Part shown: one piece after another, positions 50,809 to 62,336 of the stretch
How the letters are laid out: each line of letters starts with the position of its first letter
Position numbering within the stretch: the first letter of the stretch is position 1
Assembly: GCF_009914755.1 (NCBI RefSeq)
Contig: NC_060936.1
DNA from: the human T2T-CHM13v2.0 reference genome, Homo sapiens
DNA length: 64,000 nt
Direction: 5' to 3' (one strand)
Notes under the pieces: generated by a model
The model's input: only the letters and a program-made list of their open reading frames with translations
Databases searched by the model: none
What the model was told of the DNA's origin: nothing
Program-made: the position numbers and the translations under genes

Positions 50809-51405
50809 CAAGAGTCAACAAATGTTTCTGTAAGAGGTCAGATAGTAAATACATTAGGTTCTGTGGGCCTTACTGTCTCTGTTGTGACTGGTGAACTCTG
50901 CTGTCATAGTGTGAAAGCAGCCACTGACAATACATACATGAATAAGCAAGGGGAAAACATTTTATTGGGGAAAAAAAACCTCCAGGATTGGTGATTTCAG
51001 GTGCACCTGGATCCAGGTGCTCAGTGTCCTCAGTGGTCAGCCGCTCTGTCTCTTGGTTCTGCTTTCCTAATGTTGACCTAATCTAGAGCATGCTCTTCCC
51101 CCAGCTGTGGTAGGTTTCTGGTTTATCAGCAGCTTCAGCCTTAGAGTCAGCAACTCAGATTTCTCTCTCAACAGTTCCAACAGAAGGCCCCGAGTGATCG
51201 CTTATTGGCTCAATTAGAGCAGTGCGTCACTGTGTATGGGTGCTGAAATGAGAATTTCATATAATTTTCACCTTTCGTGAATAGCAGTATTTTAATTTTT
51301 TTCCCCCAACCACTTAAAAATAGAAAAAACATTCCTACTTTGTGAGCTGAACAAAAGTAGGCGGTGGGCAGGATTTGGCCTGCAGGTTGTAATTTACTGG
51401 TCTCT
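50809..51405. mobile_element. MER58B-like, interrupted by a duplicated segment (50961-51234)
   Basis: ctgtaagaggtcagatagtaaata...gaaagcagcca | tgaaatgagaatttcatataattttca...ggatttggcctgcagg. Confidence 0.8.
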
Positions 51406-51659
51406 GCCTGAAAATGTAAATTTCACCAAAGCGAGGGGTTTGTTTTGATTTTTTTATTGTTATTGAGTCTCTAGTACCTAGTGTAGTGCCTAACTCATGT
51501 TAGTATTTGCTGAAAGAATGTTGTTGAATGTGTTTAGGGTATATAGAATTGGGCCGTAGCAGATATTTTAGACACTTAGAGTAAATTTAAATCATCATTA
51601 TGACAGACCCTGGTAACTAAAAATATAAAAGAGCCATGTTGTATTAAAAACATTTCTTA

Positions 51660-51960
<301 letters not shown>

Positions 51961-52081
51961 CAAATTCTTATCCTTTATGTTTCAATATGTTTGCTGAATG
52001 TTGGTTCTTCCCAATATTGTTTTATTACGACTTTTTAAGGAACTGCTCTGAAATAGATTTCCTGTCCACTACTTTTTGCAG

Positions 52082-52300
52082 GATGTGGCTTTGTTTGAGA
52101 TGAATCAGTCGGATTCAAAAGAAGTGGACAGTTCAGAAGAGAGTTCACAAGACAGTTCAGAGAACAGTTCAGAATCAGAAGACGAAGATGACAGCATCCC
52201 ATCTGAAGTCACCATAGATAACATTAAGCTTCCCAATTCTGAAGGTGGAAAAGGCAAGATTGAAGTTTTGGACAGTCCAGCAAGTAAAAAAAAGAAATAG
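52082..52300 (+). CDS. NOPCHAP1: NOPCHAP1 exon 4 (acidic Ser-rich tract, basic C-terminus)
   Basis: Acceptor tttttgcag|; DVALFEMNQSDSKEVDSSEESSQDSSENSSESEDEDD...SPASKKKK*; 115+87+137+219=558 nt = 185 aa + stop. Confidence 0.95.
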   Translation, partial: DVALFEMNQSDSKEVDSSEESSQDSSENSSESEDEDDSIPSEVTIDNIKLPNSEGGKGKIEVLDSPASKKKK

Positions 52301-52303
52301 TCA

Positions 52304-52309
52304 AATAAA
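52304..52309 (+). terminator. Candidate proximal poly(A) signal AATAAA
   Basis: AATAAA 3 nt after the stop codon; U-rich tract at ~52370-52410; use unproven. Confidence 0.35.
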
Positions 52310-53168
52310 TTATCTGAAAAGAAACAGGTGACATATGTCTGCAAATTCTGTGAAAAAGAATGTGATTCACGGGTTCTTTTGCTTTTCAGGCACCTATGGT
52401 GCTTTTATATGTTAAAAACTTTAGACAAGTTAAATTTGACAGAGTTTCTTTGGGCAAAGAATGATTAATGAGTTAGGTAGCATTGTAAACTGAAAGGGGT
52501 TCAGAGACCTCCGCTCTACAGCAAGGAAAGTGTGCTTTTATCAGCTGAACACAGAAGTAGAGTACAGGAATAACTTGATGGGTTACAGCTAGGTGTTTGC
52601 CTAAATAAGGCAAAGAGGAGACCTAAGGCTGCCTGATGTCCCATAGGTATGGTCTGATCTAAGGAGATCTAAGGCTGCCTTGTCCGATGGGCTGAGGCTT
52701 GGCTGTTTGTGATTGGCCAGACTTGGCTATTTGTTATAAAAATACACTCCTGAGTTAGGTTTTGGTGTGTAGAGTACAGGAATAACTTGATGGGTTACAG
52801 CTAGGTGTTTGCCTAAATAAGGCAAAGAGGAGACCTAAGCCCAGCATGTCGTCCACTGTTTGGGATGCCTGCAAACTAACCATTAGCTCCTCCTGCAAAC
52901 ATCATGTGTTCTGTTCCCTTGAGAAATTTCTTTCATGCATATGGTGGCAGTGTCCAAAGAAACAATAGTGTCAGCTACAAATTGTATTGAATTTTCTGTA
53001 GTAGCAAAATCTGGAAAAATAGGTACAACATTCAGTTTTGTTTAGCACCATACATAACCCCCAACATGAGCAAAGAGGAGATCTAAGGCTGCATGATATC
53101 CCATTAAGTGCTTTTGTTAAATGCTTTCAGAGGGTGGCTCCTACCCCAGGAGGTCTGGTTGGTCATAA

Positions 53169-53597
<429 letters not shown>

Positions 53598-53954
53598 TAG
53601 CTTATCTTTATTTTCTTCATCTATTCCAAGGTTGGTGCAAATTTCAATTGCTGACCATTTTAGACTCTGATAATAGGAGGTATTTATGGGGACTTTTGGG
53701 GAAGCTATTTGGAAGGCAGGATTGAACCATGCCAAATAGCAAGATCCTAACCAGTGGGGAGCAAAATGGAGTAAGCATATTTTCTGTAGACCAATACAGG
53801 CAGACCCTCTGAGGCTGGAAAAGAGGGCTACCTAGTGGTATTTGAGCATCAGTCAGTTCAGTTCATCCACTGGTACATCTGCATAGCTCCTGAACAAGGT
53901 CCAGGAGGAAACTTACTTTTTTATAGTTCCCCTCCTTTTAAAAAGATGTTTTAC

Positions 53955-56900
53955 ATTTTATTATTTTCATTTTTTTTTTTTTTAACTTTTAGGTTCAGAG
54001 GTACATGTGGAGGTTTGTTATATAGACAAATTGGGTATTGTGGGGGTTTGGTGTACAGATTATTTCATCACCTGGTGATAAGCATAGTGCCCAATAGGTA
54101 GTTTTAAATCTGCACCCTCCTCCCACCCTCCATCCTCAAGTGGGCCCTAATGTCTGGTTCCCTTCTTTGCATCCATGTGTACTCAACGTTTAGCTCCCAC
54201 TAATAAGTGAGAACATGTGGTATTTTTCTGTTCCTGTGTTGGTTGCTTAGGTCCTGATCATCTGTGTTAGCTTTCTGCCTTGATGATCTGCCTAATACTG
54301 TCAGTGGGGTGTTAAAGTCTCCCACTATTATCTAGCTCTCTTTGTAGGTCTCTGAATGCTTGCTTTATGAATCTGGGTGCTTCTCTGTTGGGTGCATGTA
54401 TGTTTAGGATAGTTAGGTCTTATTGAATTAAGCCCTTTATCATTATGTAATGCCCTTCTTTGTCTTTTTTTATTTTTGTAAAAGTATGTTTTGTCTGAAA
54501 TTAAAATAGCAACCCCTGCCTTTTTCTTTCTGTTTGCTTGGTAGAGTTTTCTCCATCCCTTTACTTTGAGCTTCTGAGTGTCACTGCATGTGAGGTGGGT
54601 CTCTTGAAGATAGCATACCATTGGATTTTGCTTCTTTATCCAAGTTGCCACACTGTTTCTTTTGATTGGGGCATTTAGCCCATTTACATTCAAGGTTAGT
54701 ATTGATATGTGTGCATTTGATCCTGTCATCATATTGTTAGCTGGTTACCATGCAGACTTGTCTGTGTGGTTGCTTTATAGTGTTACTAATCTACCTACTT
54801 AAGTGTGTTTTTGTAGCGGCTGGTAACCCAGTCTTTCCTTTATATAGTTAGCACTCCCTTCCAAAACTCTTGTAAGGCAGATCTGATGTTAACAAATTCC
54901 CTTAGCATTTGCCTGTCTGAAAAGGATCTTATTTCTCCTTTGCTTATGAAGCTTAGTTTAGTCAGATATGAATTCTTGGTTGAAAATTATTTTCTTTAAG
55001 AATGCTGAGGGTGTGGCACACCAGCATGGCACATGTATACATATGTAACTAACCAGCACATTGTGCACATGTACCCTAAAACTTAAAGTATAATAATAAA
55101 AATAAATAAATAAAGAATGCTGAATATAGGCCCCCGATCTCTTCTGGCTTGTAGAGTTTCTGCTGACAGTTCTGCTGTTAGCCTGATGGGTTTCCCTTTG
55201 TAGGTGACTTGCCCCTTCTCTCTCACTGCCTTTAGCATTTTTTCTTTCATTTCCACCTTGGAGGATCTGATGACTGTATGTTTTAGGTTGGTCTGCTTGT
55301 GTAGTATTTCACAAGGGTTTTCCGCATTTCCTGAATTTGAATGTTGGCCTCTCTAGCAAGGTTGGGGAAGTTTTCATCAGCGATATCCTGAAATATGTTT
55401 TCAAAGTTGCTTGGTTTCTCTCCCTTTCAGTCACATCAATGAGTCATAGATTGGGTCTCTTTTCATAATCCCATATTTCTCGGAAGTTTTGTCCATTCTT
55501 TATTGTTTTTTTTCTCCAATAAAGAAAAAGATGTTTCAGAGAGCCATCTTCAAGCTCTGAGATTCTTTCCTCAGTTTGGTCAATTCTGCTGTTAATACTT
55601 GTGATTGCATTATGCAATTCTTGTAGTGTGTTTTTCAGCTCTGTCAGATCGGTTTAGTTCTCTCTTATAATGGCCGTTTTGTTTATCAGCTTCTGTATCA
55701 TTTTATTGTAATCCTTAGATTCCACGGATTGGGTTTGACTTTATCCTGTATGTTGATGATCTTCATTCCTGTCTATATTCTGAATTTTATTTCTGCCATT
55801 TCAGCCATCTCAGCCTGGTTAAGAACCATTGCTGGGGAACTAGTGTAGTTTTTTGGAGGTAAGAAGATACTCTAGTGCTTTTGTCAGTTTTTGCACTGAT
55901 TCTTTTTTATCTTTGTGGGCTCATGTCGCTGAAGTTGCTATCCTTTGGATGATTTTTTTTCTTTTATCCTACTTTATGTCCTTGTGTGTTTAATTGTGGT
56001 ATAAAGTGGGTTTAGTCAACTGGCTTCATTTCTAGAAGGTTTTCAGGGGCCAAGGCTCAACTCAGGATTCCTGGACTGTATGCTGTAATTCTGGGGGGCT
56101 GATATCAGGCCCCTGGCTTTGTTCTCTGGCCACTGGAGGTTAGGTACCTGCTGTGCTAGAGGGGCCAAGATATTTCTGGACCACTGGTCAGAACACTTCA
56201 ATGGGTGGTGCCAGCCAAAGTGCTTTGTATGGCAGTGGCAGTGGGATCTGTCCTCATATGCACATGCCAGCAATAGCAGTGGGGTGCGGTGCACACTCAT
56301 CAGCTTCAGAGGGGTGCTGGCAGTTGCAAGGGTGCTGTTTTTGTGCAGGCATTTGTAGTGGCTGTGGTGTTAGCATGGGGGTGGGGCGCTGTGGCTGCTG
56401 CTAGATTTTGTGTGCCCTCTGTGCGTGTGCTTACATGGGTAGCAGTGGCCACTCAGGGTAAGGGGGCGGGCTGCTGGTCTCCATGCATAGTTTCACACCA
56501 CTGGCAGTGTTGACACAGGGGCAGGGTACTGGTGGCTGCGGGACTGGTGCCAAATGTGCGCACGTTTATGCTGGCTGCAGTGGCTGCACAGGGCGCAGGG
56601 CAGGTCCACTGGTCACTGTGCCTAGTTTTGCAGCTGGTGGCAGTGTTGGTGTCGGAGTGGGGTACTGGTGGTCTCCGTACCTGCAGATACTCCAGTGGCA
56701 GTGGCAGCATGGTGGTCGGGTGCAGTGTGCTCAAGCCAGCAGTAGTGGCATGGCCAGGTGCACATGTACCCACACACTGGCAGGAAATTGGAGGCGAGGT
56801 CTGTGTACACAGGTGCTGGCAAAGTGATTCGGGGGTTGGCTGCATGCCAGCGTCTGCAGGCAAGGTGCCATGGGGGAGTCTGCAGTGGGAGGAGAGAGTG

Positions 56901-57630
56901 GGATCAGGTGGTCTGGTGCACGGTCTGTTGTGGGTGGGGGTAGTACTGGAGTTCTCTGCCATTCAGGCACGATCTGCCAACTCAGGTGCTATAGTGTAGG
57001 CCCCCAGGACGCACCCCACCTGGGCATCTAAGGCTGCACTGCAAGCAGGGACAGCCAGGCTGAGGCCCAGGGAGAGGTCAGGAAACTGAGGAGTGCTTAG
57101 TTCCGATCGGCCAGGTCTCATAGGCAAGACTGCCCTGCATTTTTCAAGTCTGATAGTTCCTCTAGGGTTGAAGTCTCTTAGGGGAGCAAGGTGAGTCATG
57201 GGTGATGGGCGTCCCTGGCCATGATCCACTACAGATGCTCCCGCACCAAAGCCTCTGGGCTCTGCACCAGCTAGAATTCTGCCCCTACCACTTCTCTAAG
57301 CAGCTCTCCCTGCAAGCTCAAGAGTCCATGGGGGTCCTGGGGTCTCCTGCCAGATTCCAGAGGCCTGTGGTGGGAGTCAGTTGCTGCTTGCCTGCTCAAC
57401 TCACCCCTTTTCCAGGAGTCGGGGGCCAGGAACGAGTCTTAGTGTGTGGTAGCCCCTTGCAGGGTTCCCCGCTTCCTCCCTCTTCAGCCCAGCATCTGTG
57501 TCTTCCCTTCATCCACTCTCAGTGCCCTCCCTCTGAAGATCTGCTGGGAGTGCACCAGTCTTCCTGATATCCCAGTCTCTTGGTGGCAGATGTTCCTTCT
57601 GGCTGCATCTAGCTGATCATCTTGCCTCCA
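53955..57630 (-). mobile_element. Older L1PA/L1P element with 5'UTR, ORF1, ORF2 EN start and 3' end, but most of ORF2 deleted; inserted in ERV env
   Basis: Poly-T and L1 3'UTR 53955-~54250 join directly to the EN domain (MMTGSNAHISILTLNVNGLNAPIKR..LQETHL, 54732-54328), then ORF1-like sequence and a GC-richer 5'UTR to ~57630. Confidence 0.85.
55009..55112 (+). mobile_element. ~100 bp extremely 5'-truncated young L1PA
   Basis: caccagcatggcacatgtatacatatgtaac...accctaaaacttaaagtataataa + A tail; perfect TSD aagaatgctga 54998-55008 / 55113-55123. Confidence 0.92.
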
Positions 57631-60600
57631 ACCTGTTCCCTTTATAGCATAATGTGTATAACCACATTTAGTGGAAAAGCACCTTACTATATTTAATCCA
57701 ATGACATTATACAAATAATCACCGGTGCCCACATAGATAGTCCCCAAGTCTTGAGTATGTGATACCTGGAAGCATAATATACCTTTTGTAGGCATCACTT
57801 GGTTTGATGTTCTATATTTGATAGTGGTTAGGTTATTAATTGGAAAGGTTGGGATATTCCTTTCAGTGAGTGTAGGCAAGCAAATAGCAGTGACATTTAG
57901 AACATCAAGGATTGCTTTCTCTTCCTTTGGGGTTTCAGGGTAATTCTCTTCGGGAACTCAGAGAGGTGTTGGCATTAGTGGAGTTGTTTCCTGGTTTTTA
58001 CCCATTAGCCCACAAACCCAAACAGTTGCTCTGTTTTTTCTGCTAGAGCATGAGCCTTACCTAAAGCCATTGCAAATTATGGTCCTATGGATTTTCCTGT
58101 AAGGAAAAGGAAAGATTAAGACAATAGGAAATAAGGGAAAAAGAAAAGGGACATAGTTATCATGATGACAGAGAAGAGAACTCTTGATCCATGATCAAAT
58201 TCTTACCACCCATACTGCAGCAAAAGTCTTGAGGGTCTGAACTTTTGCTGCAGTGTGGATGGTAAGAATTTGGTATGGTCCCTTCCATAGGGGTTTGAGG
58301 GCAGTGTTTCACTGATGTTGTTTTCAGAAGACCCAATCTCCATGTTCCAGATTGTGAAATGCTTGGTTGTCCTCCATTGATAGATCGTGAAAGGCTTTTT
58401 TTTTAACCTGGTGAAAATATACTTTGGCATAATACATTAAGGCCTTGCAGTATTTAGTCATGTCAGTTTACAGGAGCAGGAGATATATGAGGTTTAATTA
58501 TTAGGGGCATAGGTTTTTCAGTAACTATTTCATAAGAAACTAATTTATTTTGTATTTTCTGTTGGGGTGGATCTAGTTGCCCATAAGGCCAATGGTAATA
58601 CCTTTGGACGAGGCAATTCAATCAATTCAGTTAACTTTACCAATTTCAGTTTAAAGTTTCATTTGTTCTTTCGAGCTTTCCAGAAGATTAAGGGTGTTAG
58701 GGATGATGGTAATACCATTGTGTTCGATTAACTGTTTTAGCTGTTTTATAACTTGTCCAGTGAAACAGGTTCTTCTATTGCTGGAAATTCCTCCAGGGAA
58801 GCCCCAGAAGGAAACATACTTTCTAATAACTTATTGTCATAGCATTGGCCTTCCTACATGATAAAGCTTCTATCCGTCTAGAGAACACAAAGACTTTTAT
58901 AAGAACATATTGTTATCCCATTAAGGGTGGCAATTGATGAAATCCATCTGTAAACATTCAAATGGTCCAGGAGGCAGTAGAAATGTACCACCTAAAATTT
59001 GGATTATCTTTCCAGGATTATGAGCTTGATAAACCAAACATTAGTTATAAGCCATTTTAGCAATTTTAGAATAGTCATCCCACCAATATTTTTTCAATTT
59101 CTGCCTTTAGAGAGCATAACAGTTCTGGTTCAGGAGAGTCAGGAAACTCTAAGATTATTTGTCCCTCTGAAAGAGAATTTTATATGCCCTTTTGCCTTGG
59201 AGAGCAAGTCTTGCCCCAGCAGATTTACTGGGGCAGTATCACATAATTAAAAAGTATGATTTTCTGTAAATGACACCAGTGTCAGTTGGATGGCTTCCAG
59301 TATGGGAACCTTTTCAACTTGATTTGAAACCCTACCACAGAAATAATGTTTCCACAGAGTAAACATTTTTACTCTGAGGGATGTATTAGCTTATTAAGGT
59401 AGAGTTTATAGTAGATGAAAGTGGCTCTAGTATCCACCAGAATTGTATAAGATTTTTCATTTGTTTTAACTTTTGTTTTTCCATGTTTATTTCTTTTCTT
59501 TTTTTAATAGTACTTTGAGTTGCTGTTTATCCATGTTTATTTAAAGGTATTATGGGGAGCAGTTTTCTGGAGAATTCCTTGGATGCTCATCAATGTTGAT
59601 TATTATCTCTAGAGTTAAGACCTTGTGGACTCATTCTAGTGGGGAAATAGTATGGCCCCAAGGAAGGAGGCTTACTGGTATACTGAAATAAGAATGCAAA
59701 ATCTCTTTTCCAGCATCCTAGTTGTTTGCAATGAAGGGAGACACCTTAGGGCAAATAATTTCTTGGTCTAAGATCTCTTGGTTTTAGCTTAAAATAAGGG
59801 AGAGGAAGTCCCTTTGGTCTTGGTCTTTGTGGTTATTGTAATTAGAGAGACATGAGCTTTTCGACCTTTAGTCTTTTACTTACTCTATTCTCTCAAAATG
59901 TTGGGCTAGGGCCACCAATTCAATCATATCTATAACCTCCCATCCTGGTTTGTGTTTTTTATTCAGGTTACTAAGTTCAGGATGAGCTCCATTTACAAAT
60001 AGAGCAGTTAATCCTGTTTCAGGCACTGCCAGAAGTATCCCTTGGTGTATTGGAACCTGGAATGTTTTACAAATAGTCTTTCTGAATGGACCCTGTAATC
60101 TGAAACTGGTTCATTCTATTTTTTGTCTATGAGATTGTATGATGGACCAATCAATTTTTTGTAGCAAAATCTTAGGAATTGAATTTTAAAGGTTTTCAAC
60201 AATTTTTCTAGGTCTCATTGGCCCTACTCTTGATGAGGTTTTGGGGGAGTCTTTAATATCCTGATTAAGTTTTTCCCATTCTCTTGTCATACATTTTCAA
60301 GCTTTGCCATGTCCCAGTATCATATGAATAAATTGGTCAGAGAGTCCTGGCTTGTAAGCTCCTGTGCAAATTCTAAAATCTTCAGTACATTTTTGAGTGT
60401 TTTCCCTGGGCTAGGGAAGTCTTTTACCGTGTCTGGAAGCTTAATTTTTGACCATGGAGTAAAGGTGGTTATGGCAGGCAGGCCTGGCTGATCAGAGAAT
60501 CCCATTTTGTAAGGCATTTGTCTAACTTGCCTTTTCTCATTATCTTTAGAATGAAAGAGTAGTTGAGCAAAAAGGTTATTAGACTCAGAGTATTGAGGTA

Positions 60601-61233
60601 AAGATGGGTAAAGAGAAAGAACAAAACAGGTTTGAATCAGTCAAGATACAGTCTTTTTTTGTATCATCCTTAAGCTACTTAAGGTTTTCATTTGCCTTCT
60701 GTAAGGAATCTTTTACTACCTGTATGTACCAATTTAAAGAATGCATCTCATTGCTTATGAAGCATTTTGGATTCTTTCTTTTGTAGTGTGCCTTGCAAGT
60801 GAACAAGTTTATGTAGGTTAAAACTTTCCCACTGTGGGCCACTGGAATTCTAATTTTTTTTGTGTGTGTGTGAGTTTCATTTTTCTAGAAAAGCAACATG
60901 CCCTGAGTCTGTAGTTCTTATACACGAAATTGGCTATAGTTCCAGATGGAGGAGTTCTAGACTCCATGGATCCAGATGAACTCATGATTCCCTGTCTTCT
61001 TGTGACTTATCATAGGCCTTCTACTGGACCCAGTCTCTGGACCCTGTTTGGTAAAAGAATTGTTCAAGTAAATTTGGAGAGCTCAAAACACAAATCTGTG
61101 TAGCTTTAATCTGAAAGGGAAATCACACACAACCTCCAGTTGCTGTGAGAGAGGAATGGTTACAATAGACCCAGCAAATACATTCATTTGGTCACTAGGG
61201 TGCTCCTGGGCGGTTGTTGGAAGTCGCCTTTGG

Positions 61234-61251
61234 ACGCCACTTCTGACACCA
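61234..61251 (-). other. Retroviral primer-binding site, tRNA-Leu type
   Basis: Minus strand tggtgtcagaagtggcgt vs the complement of the tRNA-Leu(CAA) 3' end, TGGTGTCAGAAGTGGGAT; ~10 nt from the 5' LTR end. Confidence 0.8.
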
Positions 61252-61893
61252 AAAACTTAATTGTTAAAACCTCTAGACAAATTAAATTTAACAGTTTGTT
61301 TGAGCAAAGAACAATTTTATGAATTAGCACTCAAAACTGAAAGGTTCAGAGTGTTCCACTCTGTGGCACAGAGAGTATGCTTTTATAAGTATAAATTGAA
61401 CTTGGAAGTAAACTACAGAAATAACTGGATTGGTTACAGCTAGGCATTTGCCCTATTTGTGCATGGTTTGATAACTTGACTGCCTATGACTGGCTGAAGC
61501 TCACCTGTTTCTGTCTGGCTTAAACCTAGCTATTCGTTACAAAAGTATTCTGCTAAGTTAGGTTTTGGTTTGTTTATTACTGAGGTAGATTGCAGTTTGT
61601 TATATAGGAACTACAAGTACCAAGGGAGTCTCAGGCTAATGGCCTCCTGCTTATTTAATTTCACATATGTAATATTGGATGTATTTTGTTTCTCAGAGAA
61701 ACCAGAGCTAGTTTTTAAAGAGTTGGGATATATAGCATTTGGATGTCTTCCCAGGGTAGAATGATCTTTATTCTCTTCTATGGTAGAGTTTAGAAAGCTT
61801 AATTTTGTGCATGGTGATGAGTGAATTTGTTAGCATCTTTTTTCTTCAGCATGGATTTCAGAAACATCAATTTTATTTTAAAGTAAAAATAAA

Positions 61894-62196
<303 letters not shown>

Positions 62197-62336
62197 TTAA
62201 ATTATCTGTTTGAATAAAATAACCTAGTTTTTTTAGGTTATTATAAAGTCAAACTTGTCACCATCAAGATGGGTTTAATGAGGGAGGAATATGTGAAAAA
62301 GAAAAAAGATTTTTACAAAGAAAAGAATTACTTATA

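Noticed and set aside
53628-53642. aggttggtgcaaa resembling a MADE1 TIR
   Set aside because: Only ~13 bp, no second arm, and within ERV env sequence
56043-57567. Cluster of 70-170 aa ORFs
   Set aside because: GC-richer L1 5'UTR sequence; no coherent protein
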